Part shown: piece by piece, positions 8,101-17,709 of the stretch
Position numbering within the stretch: position 1 is the first letter of the stretch
How the letters are laid out: every line of letters starts with the position of its first letter
Origin: Terrimicrobiaceae bacterium
GTDB taxonomy: Bacteria; Verrucomicrobiota; Verrucomicrobiia; Chthoniobacterales; JAATET01
Length of the DNA stretch: 45,381 nt
Direction: 5' to 3'
Assembly (NCBI GenBank): GCA_041689405.1
Contig: JBDNGG010000063.1
Coordinates: 1-45,381, forward strand
The notes under the pieces: generated by a model
What the model was told of the DNA's origin: nothing
Seen by the model: the letters and a program-made list of their open reading frames with translations, nothing else
Databases searched by the model: none
Program-made: the position numbers and the translations under genes

Positions 8101-9894
8101 ATGGTGGAGGTGATGAGCGAGTTCCCATCCCAAGTCATCGAGACGTGCCATGCGTGCGGTCAGATGCTTGATGTATCAGACCTTGCGCCATTCAGCGAGA
8201 TCGATTGTCCGAACTGTGGTGCCAGCCAGCAGGTGCGGAAGACGTTTCACCACTTCGAACTCGCAGAGTTGCTTGGTGAGGGCGGTATGGGATCGGTATT
8301 TCGTGCGACAGACTTAAATTTACAACGCCAAGTCGCATTAAAGATCCTAAAAAAAAGCGCGGGTGCGCAAGAAGTGGATTACAAGAAATTGGCCGAAGAG
8401 GCACGCATCACAGCGTCGATCAACCACCCGCACGTCGTGAAAGTTTTTTCCTTCGGCGAGGACCATGGTCTATTCTACCTCGCGATGGAGCTCGTCCCGA
8501 AAGGATCGCTGGATGACTTGATGGGGCTGCAAGGCCGGGTGGGCGAATTACAGGCGCTGAACACAGGAATCCAAGTTGCCCAAGGCCTGCAGGCCGCATT
8601 GGATCGTGGTCTCCTGCACCGAGACGTAAAACCGGGGAATATATTATTTGCGGACGCAGCCACCGCGAAGATCGTGGACTTTGGACTAGCGGTGCTGCTC
8701 GACGAGCAGGCGCAGGAGCAGGGGGAGATCTGGGGCACGCCCTACTATATCGCTCCAGAAAAACTGGACAATCGCCCAGAAGACTTCCGCAGCGATATCT
8801 ATAGTCTTGGCGGAACTTTGTTTCATGCCATCGCAGGTCGCCCGCCGTTTGAGGCAACCACGGCATCCATGGTGGCGCTCAAGCATATCAAGAGCCGGGC
8901 GGTGAGCTTGCAAGCATTCGCGCCGAATGTTTCCAGCGAGACGGCTTATGTGGTTAATCGGATGCTGCACAAAGATCCCGATGGCCGCTATGCGAGCTAC
9001 GACGAGTTGATTGGGCACCTGACCTACGCCAAACAGAAGCTCCAAGAGCGCGCGAAGGCACCGATCCAGAGAAAAGAACGCGGCATTGTCGAGTCGGACA
9101 ACAGCCGCAAGGTGATGGGAATCATTTGGGGAACAACTCTCTTGGTATTAATCAGCGCGGGGGTGATGGCTTTTGTGTATCGCGACGAGATCTTTCCGCA
9201 GCAAAACGGCTCCACTGCGTCGGCAGCGCTCTCATCCCTCGAGCTTGATGAAATCATGGCTTCTGGCCAAAGTTCCCTTGCAAAAGGAAACTTCAACGAA
9301 GCAGCGGAGGCATTTGCCATGGTGGCTGATATCACGACATCGCAGCCCACCTTAAATTGGGCAATCGCAAACAAGGGACTCGCCCGACTATTCGAAGGAG
9401 ACACTCGCGAGGCTAATGAGGCGTTTGAAGATCTTGAAAAGCGAGGGCTGTTCAGCACCCATCCAAAGGATCAACGGTTGGCAAATTTTTTCGTCGAGAT
9501 GGGCCGCCTTGTCCGCTCCGTTCAACCCGTGAGAGGTGGCACAATCCGTCTTTACGAAAGAAATAACTACGATTTATTTGCGATCCTCTCTTATGGGTTG
9601 AAGGACTGGAACGCGGGCGCACTCCAGGACGCAGGGGTTATGTTTGAAGCATTCGACGAATCAAATGCAGCACCACCCAATGATTGGATCAACACCTATA
9701 AACCACTGATTCAGGCGTATATCCTCGATTTCAAAAACTTCCGTCGCCTCGCGACACGGGCAGAGAGTGTGACCCCGGACACGGCTCCAGCACTGCGCGA
9801 AGAGATTGCATCAGCGCGACTGGAGGCTACTACCGGCAGCCGTATCGACGAAGCCTACGGACTATTGCTTGAGAAGCTGGATCCTAAACCGTAG
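8101..9894 (+). CDS. Ser/Thr protein kinase with N-terminal zinc ribbon, one TM segment and a helical C-terminal domain
   Basis: CHACG...CPNCG zinc ribbon. Hanks kinase motifs: GEGGMGSV, ALKILK, HRDVKPGNILF, DFGLA, GTPYYIAPE. TM segment VMGIIWGTTLLVLISAGVMAFVY. The ORF track starts at a TTG at 8089; the first ATG is 8101. Confidence 0.85.
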   Translation: MVEVMSEFPSQVIETCHACGQMLDVSDLAPFSEIDCPNCGASQQVRKTFHHFELAELLGEGGMGSVFRATDLNLQRQVALKILKKSAGAQEVDYKKLAEEARITASINHPHVVKVFSFGEDHGLFYLAMELVPKGSLDDLMGLQGRVGELQALNTGIQVAQGLQAALDRGLLHRDVKPGNILFADAATAKIVDFGLAVLLDEQAQEQGEIWGTPYYIAPEKLDNRPEDFRSDIYSLGGTLFHAIAGRPPFEATTASMVALKHIKSRAVSLQAFAPNVSSETAYVVNRMLHKDPDGRYASYDELIGHLTYAKQKLQERAKAPIQRKERGIVESDNSRKVMGIIWGTTLLVLISAGVMAFVYRDEIFPQQNGSTASAALSSLELDEIMASGQSSLAKGNFNEAAEAFAMVADITTSQPTLNWAIANKGLARLFEGDTREANEAFEDLEKRGLFSTHPKDQRLANFFVEMGRLVRSVQPVRGGTIRLYERNNYDLFAILSYGLKDWNAGALQDAGVMFEAFDESNAAPPNDWINTYKPLIQAYILDFKNFRRLATRAESVTPDTAPALREEIASARLEATTGSRIDEAYGLLLEKLDPKP

Positions 9895-9922
9895 CGGACC
9901 ACCTTGCCGGGCACCGGTGATT

Positions 9923-10858
9923 TTACACGATCGGGAAATATGTATCGCGGCACACTTTTGCGGTATTCACGTGGACATCGACGACTTTCGAGGTGTCCTC
10001 CGAGTATCCCCCCGCAAGCACCCAGGCGACGGGAATTTCGTTTTCTTTAGCAAACTCAAACACGACACGATCCCGCTCCCGGAGGTCATAAGCAGTGAGT
10101 TCAAGCGGAGAATACGGATCGTCGCGAAGCGGATCGGCTCCCGCCTGATACAGGAGGATGTCCGGCTTGCCATGGCCGAGCAGCATCGGGAGCAATTCTT
10201 TGAGAATCGAAAGCATTTCCAGTCCGTGACAACCTGCCGGGAGGGAGTGCGATGCGTGGTGCACCCCCATGGGGTGTTTCCGCTCAGTGACATCGGGCCA
10301 TGCCTGGTTGTTCCAGTAATCGCTTCCGTAGATTGATAGCGCAAACATCCAGGCCCGAGACTCGGCAAGCATTGCGGTGCCGTTGCCATAATGCAAATCC
10401 ATATCGAGCACGGCTGCCGTGCGAATTTTTTCTGAAGCTCGTAATTTTTCAAGCGCAACGACGAGGCCATTGAAGGTGCAAAATCCTTCGCCAGCAGCTG
10501 GACCTGCGTGATGAAATCCGCTGGCCAGTGCGCCCGCGACCCCAGCGGTAAGTGCGTGATCGGCGGCCGCATATACCCCGCCATTAGTCAACAATACGGA
10601 TGGATATAGCGACTCCGTCCAAGGAAACTTCTGAGCCTCAGCCAACTCTCGCGGGCGACCGGTTTTCACAGCTTCGATGTAATCGGGATTATGCACGCGC
10701 AGCAGGTCCTCATAAGACACGGGTACTGGCTCGCGGAGCTCAATATTTGGCTCCCAAGACACCGCCTCTGCGACCATCGCAAACTTCCGCATTGGCATGA
10801 TGTGGTCCCCAGTAGGTGCAGCGAAATCTACATGATGAAAGAGAACGAGATTTTTCAT
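9923..10858 (-). CDS. Histone-deacetylase-family (Zn-dependent) amidohydrolase
   Basis: 311-aa ORF with GFHHAGPAAGEGFCTFNG (His pair), DMDLHYGNGT (metal ligands) and LAGGYS (catalytic Tyr). Confidence 0.85.
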   Translation of the reverse strand: MKNLVLFHHVDFAAPTGDHIMPMRKFAMVAEAVSWEPNIELREPVPVSYEDLLRVHNPDYIEAVKTGRPRELAEAQKFPWTESLYPSVLLTNGGVYAAADHALTAGVAGALASGFHHAGPAAGEGFCTFNGLVVALEKLRASEKIRTAAVLDMDLHYGNGTAMLAESRAWMFALSIYGSDYWNNQAWPDVTERKHPMGVHHASHSLPAGCHGLEMLSILKELLPMLLGHGKPDILLYQAGADPLRDDPYSPLELTAYDLRERDRVVFEFAKENEIPVAWVLAGGYSEDTSKVVDVHVNTAKVCRDTYFPIV

Positions 10859-10874
10859 GGTTGTTTATCGTCTG

Positions 10875-11741
10875 TTACGGAAGCGGGGGTTGCACAAGAG
10901 GAATGGCATCGGCGGCTGGCGGATACGCGTCCAAAGATGCAATCACCGGTCGCATATCAGCATCGCGAAATTCTGCCGCATACATTCGATATAGCAAATC
11001 CGCAATCTCCCGCACCTCCCAGCCGGAGATTGAGCGCTCATTCTCACGACCGATCCGGCGGACAAGGAGGCACAAGGGAAGCGGACACGGGCCACCAGAG
11101 GCATCAATCTCGTCCGGGGTGCGAAAGTCTGGCTGGACATATTGAACGCGTTGAGGATCCACTTTCCAATATCCGGCTTTTCCGTAGGCCGCCAGGCGCG
11201 TCGTGCGATCGGGATCGGTCGGGTCGGCAGGTTCCATCTCGGCAACAAGTGTTACCGGAAGCGGCTGCGATATCGCGGCTTGATCCATACACGCACGGGC
11301 CGCCTGAATCGGCAACGCACGCATCCATCCGGCAATTCCAGTTCGCCTCCATGGCACGCTGACCAGATTGTGCGACATGTGAACGACTGCTTGCGAAAAG
11401 CCGGGATCTACCATTGCGGTGTGATCGCGAACCGCGATGGGAACATCATCGTGGGTGAGTAGCAGCAACTCATAACAAAGGAATTCGCCGGTCGATCGGG
11501 GCTCTGGCTTCCATGCGAGACGGCGAACTATCACATCGATGGACTCCATTTCACCTTTCGCACCGAACTCCTCCCAGAGCATCTGAAAGGCAGTCTCGAA
11601 CAGGGGATCTTCCCGGGAGCGGATATAGTGAAGTTCCACCCCTCGGGAATCAAGTCCCACACACTTGGCATCTCCCGGAGCAAGGTCAGCCTGCACCATC
11701 CACCGAGGCTGCGAATCTGAGAATTGCTGAGCGCGTTTCAC
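10875..11741 (-). CDS. Hypothetical protein, possible GNAT-fold acyltransferase
   Basis: 288-aa ORF with a GTG start at 11741. VHMSHNLVSVPWRRTGIAGWMRAL resembles GNAT motif A (R-x-x-G-x-A/G). It ends 17 nt upstream of the deacetylase gene. Confidence 0.5.
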   Translation of the reverse strand: MKRAQQFSDSQPRWMVQADLAPGDAKCVGLDSRGVELHYIRSREDPLFETAFQMLWEEFGAKGEMESIDVIVRRLAWKPEPRSTGEFLCYELLLLTHDDVPIAVRDHTAMVDPGFSQAVVHMSHNLVSVPWRRTGIAGWMRALPIQAARACMDQAAISQPLPVTLVAEMEPADPTDPDRTTRLAAYGKAGYWKVDPQRVQYVQPDFRTPDEIDASGGPCPLPLCLLVRRIGRENERSISGWEVREIADLLYRMYAAEFRDADMRPVIASLDAYPPAADAIPLVQPPLP

Positions 11742-11791
11742 ATAGGTGTTCTAGCCGATTCTACCTCGTCCTGCAAGGCAACATGGCGATG

Positions 11792-13789
11792 CTACGCGAA
11801 GATGTCTTGCCCAAGGGATTTGGCCACGTGACGGCGGACTTTCAAAACATGTGCGGGTCGAAAATGTGGGTCCAGCGAAACGTAGTTGCGACGACCAGTC
11901 CATAGAAATCGATTACCCGAAAGAAGATCTTCGACTTCATAGGCCGCTCCGTCTGACCACCCAAAGAGGTCGATGGGAACATCCACCCAGGCGCTCTGCG
12001 AGCCGAAGGGATCGAGACTCACTGCAACCAGGATGATATTGTCGCGGGCCTCAGTGATCTTGCTGTAGAACAGGATCTGGTCGTTTTCGGCGCTGTGGAA
12101 GCGCAGATTGCGGTATTCCTGCAGGGCGCGGTTTTCGCGGCGAGCGAGGTTCAATGCCGTGATCCACGGTTTGATATTTCCCTCTGCGTTCCAGTCCCTG
12201 CCCTTGAATTGGTATTTTTCGCTTTCGGCGTATTCTTCTCTGCTTGGCAGAGCGGCATTTTCGCACAATTCGAATCCGCTATAGATGCCATACACAGGCG
12301 AAAGCGTCGCTGCCAGCACCGAGCGGATCAAGAATGCCGGGCGTCCACCAGATTGTAGAAATTCAGGCAGGATGTCTGGGGTGTTGGTAAAAAAGTTTGT
12401 CCGAAAATACTCCGCCATTTCGGATTGGGTTAGCTCCGTGAGGTACTCCGTGAGTTCGGGCTTCGAATTCCTCCAAGTGAAATACGTGTAGCTTTGGGTG
12501 AATCCGACTTTTGCCAGTATCTGCATCATTTTTGGGCGCGTAAATGCCTCACTCAGGAAAATGACATCGGGGAATTTTGCCAATACCTCGTCGATGACCC
12601 ACTCCCAAAATGCAACCGGCTTGGTGTGCGGGTTATCGACGCGGAACGTTCGCACGCCTCGCGCAGCCCAGAACAGGAGCACATCGCGAAGTTCCTGCCA
12701 GAGGGATTGCCAGTCGGCACAATAAAAATTCAGCGGATAAACGTCCTGGTATTTTTTTGGCGGGTTTTCCGCATATTTGATTGTGCCGTCCGGGCGCGCA
12801 AAAAACCAATCGGGATGTGCCGCGACGTAGGGGTGATCGGGTGAACAATTAATCGCAAAATCGAGTGCGATTTCCATTCCGCGATTATGGATCTCGCCTA
12901 CGAGCCATTCAAAATCTTCGAGCGTGCCCAGCTCAGGAGCGACATCCATGTGACCTCCGCCATTCACACCATGACGGTAGTTGCCGATGGCATACGGCAC
13001 GCCTGGATCACCAGGGGCGGCATGCAATGTATTATTAGGGCCTTTCCGGTTACTTTCTCCAATAGGGTGGATTGGAGGGAAATAGATGACATCAAATCCC
13101 ATCGCTTTGGCGTCATCAATGCGCTCCAGACAGTCGCGGAACGTCGATCCCGAATTCGGCTTCCCTTCCGCAGAGCGGGGAAAAAACTCATACCACGCAG
13201 CCACAGCCGCCGCACGGCGGTCCACCCAGACTTTTAGAGTCGGCTCGTGTTGCGTGGCTAGTGCGCGCGCATCATTTGCGGCCATGCAGGCAGCGAGCTT
13301 TGCGTCGGATGCTAGATTACGCAGATCAGAACCTGCTGCTTCGGCAATCGCATCTGCGGTAGCGTTGAGAAAGCCCGCGTCTCCCAGGTCCTTACAACGG
13401 GTTGCTGCCGCTCGCACCAACACGGCGCCTTCGAGTGATTCACTCACCAGGTCAGCGATTCCACCCCCCACTTTTTTCTGAATCTCATCGCACCATGAGA
13501 GAAAGGAATCTCCCCATGCCTGGATGGTATATTCGTAATGCCCCGTCTGGCTGAGTGCCATGACACCTGCCCAGCGGTCGTTGATGAGCAGATGCATCGG
13601 CGTTTCATGCCACTTCGTTTCACCCATTTGCCGCCATTTTAAAACGGCCTTCACGACATCATGCCCGTCTTTGAAGATGTCGGCTTCCACCGAAATATCC
13701 TCACCGGGGATACGTTTGATTGGGTATTTCCCGCCATCAAGAAGCGGCGTGATATTTTCGATAGAGACGGTGGATGGCGACGTAATCAT
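11792..13789 (-). CDS. glgE: Alpha-1,4-glucan:maltose-1-phosphate maltosyltransferase
   Basis: 665-aa ORF with a GlgE-type N-terminal domain (IENITPLLDGGKYPIKRIPGE). GH13 catalytic regions: FRVDNPHTKPVAFWEW and IFLSEAFTRP. Confidence 0.85.
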   Translation of the reverse strand: MITSPSTVSIENITPLLDGGKYPIKRIPGEDISVEADIFKDGHDVVKAVLKWRQMGETKWHETPMHLLINDRWAGVMALSQTGHYEYTIQAWGDSFLSWCDEIQKKVGGGIADLVSESLEGAVLVRAAATRCKDLGDAGFLNATADAIAEAAGSDLRNLASDAKLAACMAANDARALATQHEPTLKVWVDRRAAAVAAWYEFFPRSAEGKPNSGSTFRDCLERIDDAKAMGFDVIYFPPIHPIGESNRKGPNNTLHAAPGDPGVPYAIGNYRHGVNGGGHMDVAPELGTLEDFEWLVGEIHNRGMEIALDFAINCSPDHPYVAAHPDWFFARPDGTIKYAENPPKKYQDVYPLNFYCADWQSLWQELRDVLLFWAARGVRTFRVDNPHTKPVAFWEWVIDEVLAKFPDVIFLSEAFTRPKMMQILAKVGFTQSYTYFTWRNSKPELTEYLTELTQSEMAEYFRTNFFTNTPDILPEFLQSGGRPAFLIRSVLAATLSPVYGIYSGFELCENAALPSREEYAESEKYQFKGRDWNAEGNIKPWITALNLARRENRALQEYRNLRFHSAENDQILFYSKITEARDNIILVAVSLDPFGSQSAWVDVPIDLFGWSDGAAYEVEDLLSGNRFLWTGRRNYVSLDPHFRPAHVLKVRRHVAKSLGQDIFA

Positions 13790-14775
13790 GGCAGGTTTTC
13801 CAGCAGAGAAACAAATTCATCCATTCCATCCACTCGTGCGGCGACTTCGCGGAGCGAGCGACGCGCGGCGGGCACATGCAGAAGGAACTCGGGCCGCCCG
13901 CATTTCAAGCCCAGAAATCCGTAAGCTCCCAGCGCCTGCATGAGTCGCTGCATGGCACATCGGGCATAGATAAAATCGAATTGGGAGCCGATTTCACCGC
14001 CTCGGGATCGGATCATGGATTTATAGTCATCCATCAATACCTCACGATCCTGAGACGTGAGATCCACGTACGGATCGTAAAGTAAAGATGCGAGGTCGTA
14101 GTGGGGCAAGCCGGGACGCATCCCTTGAAAATCAATAAGCCAAGCGCTTCCGTCGCGGAGCATGACATTCTGCGATTGGAAATCCCGGTGAACCAGCGTG
14201 CGATCCTCACGCGCGAGGTCGGCAGCCATTGCTCCCAACGCGGGCAATTCACCGTATCGCTTAATCTGCTCCTCGGTGAGGCCAAAAACACCGCCTAGAC
14301 AATGCTCGAGAAAGTACCCCTGCTCCCAAAGATAAAGCTGCTGGTCGAATTCCATTTCCAATGCAAGCGGGCTGGATTCGAACGCCCGCGTGGCGTCCAC
14401 ATGCACTGTGGCAATAGCCTGAAGAGCCAGGCGGTAACCGGCACGACGATCCTCGCACGGCGCTCCTCGCAGGCTCCATAAGTCGTGCTCTCCGAGATCC
14501 TGCATCCAGATCAATCCTTCCTCCGCGTCATGAAAATAGATTGCAGGCACAGGCACCCCGGATCCAGCGAGCATCTGCGCAATTTCGACATAGCGCAAAT
14601 TTTCCAACCGCTGCGGCGTGTATTTCACGACGATCATGGAATCGTTGTGCGCACTCACGATCCGGTAGAATTTTCTTCCGGACCCGCCTTTTTCTATCGG
14701 CGCGACTTGAAAGTCAGCTTCTGCGAGTGCAGGGAATCGAAAGCGGGTTTCCTGGATGACAGCGTCTGTTTGCAT
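13786..14775 (-). CDS. APH-fold anomeric sugar kinase (AmgK-like phosphotransferase)
   Basis: 329-aa ORF with IEKGGSGRKFYRI, HRDFQSQNVML, LIDFQG and YDLASLLYD. Its stop overlaps the glgE start (ATGA at 13786..13789). Confidence 0.7.
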   Translation of the reverse strand: MQTDAVIQETRFRFPALAEADFQVAPIEKGGSGRKFYRIVSAHNDSMIVVKYTPQRLENLRYVEIAQMLAGSGVPVPAIYFHDAEEGLIWMQDLGEHDLWSLRGAPCEDRRAGYRLALQAIATVHVDATRAFESSPLALEMEFDQQLYLWEQGYFLEHCLGGVFGLTEEQIKRYGELPALGAMAADLAREDRTLVHRDFQSQNVMLRDGSAWLIDFQGMRPGLPHYDLASLLYDPYVDLTSQDREVLMDDYKSMIRSRGGEIGSQFDFIYARCAMQRLMQALGAYGFLGLKCGRPEFLLHVPAARRSLREVAARVDGMDEFVSLLENLP

Positions 14776-14791
14776 GCAGCTTTAAGTGGGA

Positions 14792-15745
14792 TCAAATGTC
14801 CTGATCGACCAAAATTCCTTGTGCGAATTGGTGATCGCGGACGATACACCGCACAAGCTGCGCATCGGAAGCGATTTTTGCACCTTCCCAAATAACGGAG
14901 TCTTGGATCACTGCGCCATCCTCAATCACCGCACGCGCCCCAATAGCCACGAATCCTCGAAGGGTTGCCGAAGCGCTGACCTCCGCCGAGGGATCGACGC
15001 TGATCCGTCCTTCTTCAGCAGGCCGGGGGACGGTAGCGTGCGCATCCAGGTAGGCGTCCCGATTTCCGAGATCCGCCCAGACTCCGGAATCATCCAGAAA
15101 TCCGTTAATCGTCACACCGGCCCGAAGCATATCGAGAAACACCGGGACCACAGAAATGATCGTATCCGGTGGAATCCGACGGATGAACGCGGGCTCAATA
15201 ATATAGATCCCGGAGAACAAAAATCCGGCGTCGGATCCCAGCCCCAAAGCGCCACGAAAATCAGTGATCTCTTGAGTGACCGGCTGATATGAAACCTGTA
15301 GCGGCCCGCCGAAGCTGCGCAAATGGGCGGTGACCTCCGGTCGCGTCGTCGTGTGGGCGTGGAGCAATCCCGGAAGATCAACCGAAGCAAAAATGTCTCC
15401 GTTGTGGACAAGCACGGGCTCATCGCCGAATAACCGGGCGGCATTTTTTATTCCGCCCCCGGTTTCCAATAACACCGGCTCGTAAATGCACTCGATTTGC
15501 ATCCCGCGGTAGATCCCCTGCCCTCGCTCCAGCCGTAGGATCTCCTCATAGCTCTGCGGACAATGGTGCGTATTTACAACGATGCGCTCGATGCCAACCG
15601 CCAGCAGCGCATCAAACACATACGTGATGAGCGGCCGATTGTAGAGCGGCACAAGGGGTTTGGGACGGTTCGCTGTGAGCGGTCTCAACCGCTTCCCCAG
15701 GCCAGCCCCTGCGACGAATGCCGTTTTAATCCCGTTTTTGCTCAT
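14792..15745 (-). CDS. Sugar-1-phosphate nucleotidyltransferase with C-terminal left-handed beta-helix
   Basis: AGAGLGKRLRPLTANRPKPLVPL pyrophosphorylase motif. C-terminal hexapeptide repeats (IGARAVIEDGAVIQDSVIWEGAKI). Start taken at the ATG at 15745 (MSKNGIKTAF...); the ORF extends to 15796. Confidence 0.8.
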   Translation of the reverse strand: MSKNGIKTAFVAGAGLGKRLRPLTANRPKPLVPLYNRPLITYVFDALLAVGIERIVVNTHHCPQSYEEILRLERGQGIYRGMQIECIYEPVLLETGGGIKNAARLFGDEPVLVHNGDIFASVDLPGLLHAHTTTRPEVTAHLRSFGGPLQVSYQPVTQEITDFRGALGLGSDAGFLFSGIYIIEPAFIRRIPPDTIISVVPVFLDMLRAGVTINGFLDDSGVWADLGNRDAYLDAHATVPRPAEEGRISVDPSAEVSASATLRGFVAIGARAVIEDGAVIQDSVIWEGAKIASDAQLVRCIVRDHQFAQGILVDQDI

Positions 15746-15785
15746 GGTTTCCTGCCCCATGAAGGACGCGTCCAAGGAGTGATTA

Positions 15786-17546
15786 TCAGCCCTCAATCTT
15801 CACATCTTTGATGTAAAGCACACCGTCACCCGACTGGAGCTGAAAGAAAAAATTAATCGTCGCCTCGTCTGTTTTTTCCAAATCCGAAAGCTCCTTTTCC
15901 TTGAATTTCACGGTAAATGTCTTCTTTACCTCAGTCCATGAGCCACCCGGGCTGAACGACACAGTATCCCGAAAATCTTCGGTGACCACGTTCCTTTGCA
16001 CGGCGACGCGACCGCGTTCGCCAACCACCTGCCGATCCTCACCGAATCTTTTGGATCCTCTTGCGTAGATGGCCAACTGCCCGTTGGAGACGCGATTTCC
16101 ACGGACTTTAAAAGTCAGCGTGTATGGTTTATTCGGCACCAGAGGGGTGCGGATTTGCTGGCTTACACGCCCGAAATTCGAGGGAGCATTAATCAGATTT
16201 GTAGTTGTGGGCTGAAAATTTCCCTGAGAAGGGACCATGATATACGGAGGCGGCATGACCTTATTTGCGTTTGTGGCATATCCCACCCGCAGTGCCGCTT
16301 CTTTGTCCGCGAGTCCTAGGGTGGGGTCATCCTCTTTCTTTACGACGGTGGAATCGCCCATCACGTTCCCCCGGTCAAAGCCAATATCGATATCCCAGCC
16401 GACTGGCGGGCGGTTAGGTGCAGATTTCAGATCTGCTTTTAAATCCGCAGGAGCCCCAAATTTTGGCTCCGTCTTGGTACCGGAGTTCATCACAACCGAC
16501 AGGCGCCCGTTGGGCCGTCCAGCCACAATGTCAAATAAACCATCCCCATTTAAATCACCGGTAGTAATGGTGGCACTACCGCCCAACGTCAAATCCTGAC
16601 CCCCTGCTGCCGCAACAAACGAGCTAAACTTCAATTCGTCTCCCGGTTTCCAAGGCGTCGGCGGGTGCAGATGGACGCCAATCTTACCATCACGGGCGGA
16701 CACAAGAAGATCGGGTTTTCCGTCTCCGTTGTAATCTACAATTGCTGGAGTTAATTGCTCTCGTCCATCACCAAAAGCCAGAACCATGCGCTGGGCTTCA
16801 GTGAACTTGGGGCTTGCCGCGGAACCCTGATTGATTGCGAGGTGTATGTTATTCGCAGAATACGACCCCTCGCCAATCAACAAGTCGGGTTTACCATCAT
16901 TGTTCCAGTCGAAGAAGAGCGGTGCAAAAAGATTTCCCCACCGGCGATCCGGCTTTTCTGTCGTCGGAATCGTGATACGGCTGAAGTCCAAAGGTTGACG
17001 GAAAGCGGGGCGGTTGGGGGAGCCTTCATTGCGAATCATCAGGATCTCACCGTTATAATTTCCGACCAGAATATCCTGACGTCCGCCATTATTGACTATG
17101 CTGATTCGGGGAGCAAGTCGCGCCATCGGCGGAAGCCCGGTGGGAGGCACCCCAAGATATAGCGCTGCAACTTCCGCAGTCCCAAATTTCGGCTCAGCAG
17201 GTGTCCCTTGATTAAAATACACCCGCACATACCCTTGAGCATCTGCCGTGACGATATCCTGGAGCCCATCGCTGTCCATATCGGCAATGGCAACGGCCGG
17301 CGCCACTGAGACCTGGCCAATTGCGCCGGATGCCGTGAGCAGGTTGACGCTGGCACGGGCTCCGATGAGGAAACCTGATGAATCCACTCCCGACCAGATG
17401 TCCTGACGGGATGAGGATCGCTGGAAATCACCGTTTAGGATCTGAACAGGCCGCGGTGTAGGCGTGGGCTGAGGCGCTTGACCGAAAGCTGAAGAAGCAG
17501 CGATCAAGGCGCAGATGGTGGCGGAGGGCAGGAGTCGGGGGCGCAT
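15786..17546 (-). CDS. Secreted FG-GAP/VCBS-repeat protein with C-terminal beta-sandwich-like domain
   Basis: Signal peptide MRPRLLPSATICALIAASSAFGQA from the ATG at 17546. Repeated D-x-D/N-G-D-G-x-x-D-I/L motifs (DSDGLQDIV, NNDGKPDLL, NGDGKPDLL, NGDGLFDIV). Confidence 0.75.
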   Translation of the reverse strand: MRPRLLPSATICALIAASSAFGQAPQPTPTPRPVQILNGDFQRSSSRQDIWSGVDSSGFLIGARASVNLLTASGAIGQVSVAPAVAIADMDSDGLQDIVTADAQGYVRVYFNQGTPAEPKFGTAEVAALYLGVPPTGLPPMARLAPRISIVNNGGRQDILVGNYNGEILMIRNEGSPNRPAFRQPLDFSRITIPTTEKPDRRWGNLFAPLFFDWNNDGKPDLLIGEGSYSANNIHLAINQGSAASPKFTEAQRMVLAFGDGREQLTPAIVDYNGDGKPDLLVSARDGKIGVHLHPPTPWKPGDELKFSSFVAAAGGQDLTLGGSATITTGDLNGDGLFDIVAGRPNGRLSVVMNSGTKTEPKFGAPADLKADLKSAPNRPPVGWDIDIGFDRGNVMGDSTVVKKEDDPTLGLADKEAALRVGYATNANKVMPPPYIMVPSQGNFQPTTTNLINAPSNFGRVSQQIRTPLVPNKPYTLTFKVRGNRVSNGQLAIYARGSKRFGEDRQVVGERGRVAVQRNVVTEDFRDTVSFSPGGSWTEVKKTFTVKFKEKELSDLEKTDEATINFFFQLQSGDGVLYIKDVKIEG

Positions 17547-17648
17547 GGATTTGTCGATCTTGGGGCAGACTAGAAGATAAATCAATACACAGCTGCGCCG
17601 CGGATGAAAATTATCGATCTAATTATATTAAGATGAGGTCTTGTCGGT

Positions 17649-17685
17649 TAAAAAAGATGCGGTGGTTCCAGAACCTACCGCATCT
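17649..17685 (-). terminator. Rho-independent terminator of gltB
   Basis: On the minus strand: GATGCGGTaGGTTCtgGAACCACCGCATC followed by TTTTTT. It lies about 25 nt after the gltB stop. Confidence 0.7.
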
Positions 17686-17709
17686 TCGTTTAATCTAGCG
17701 ACCCGCTCG

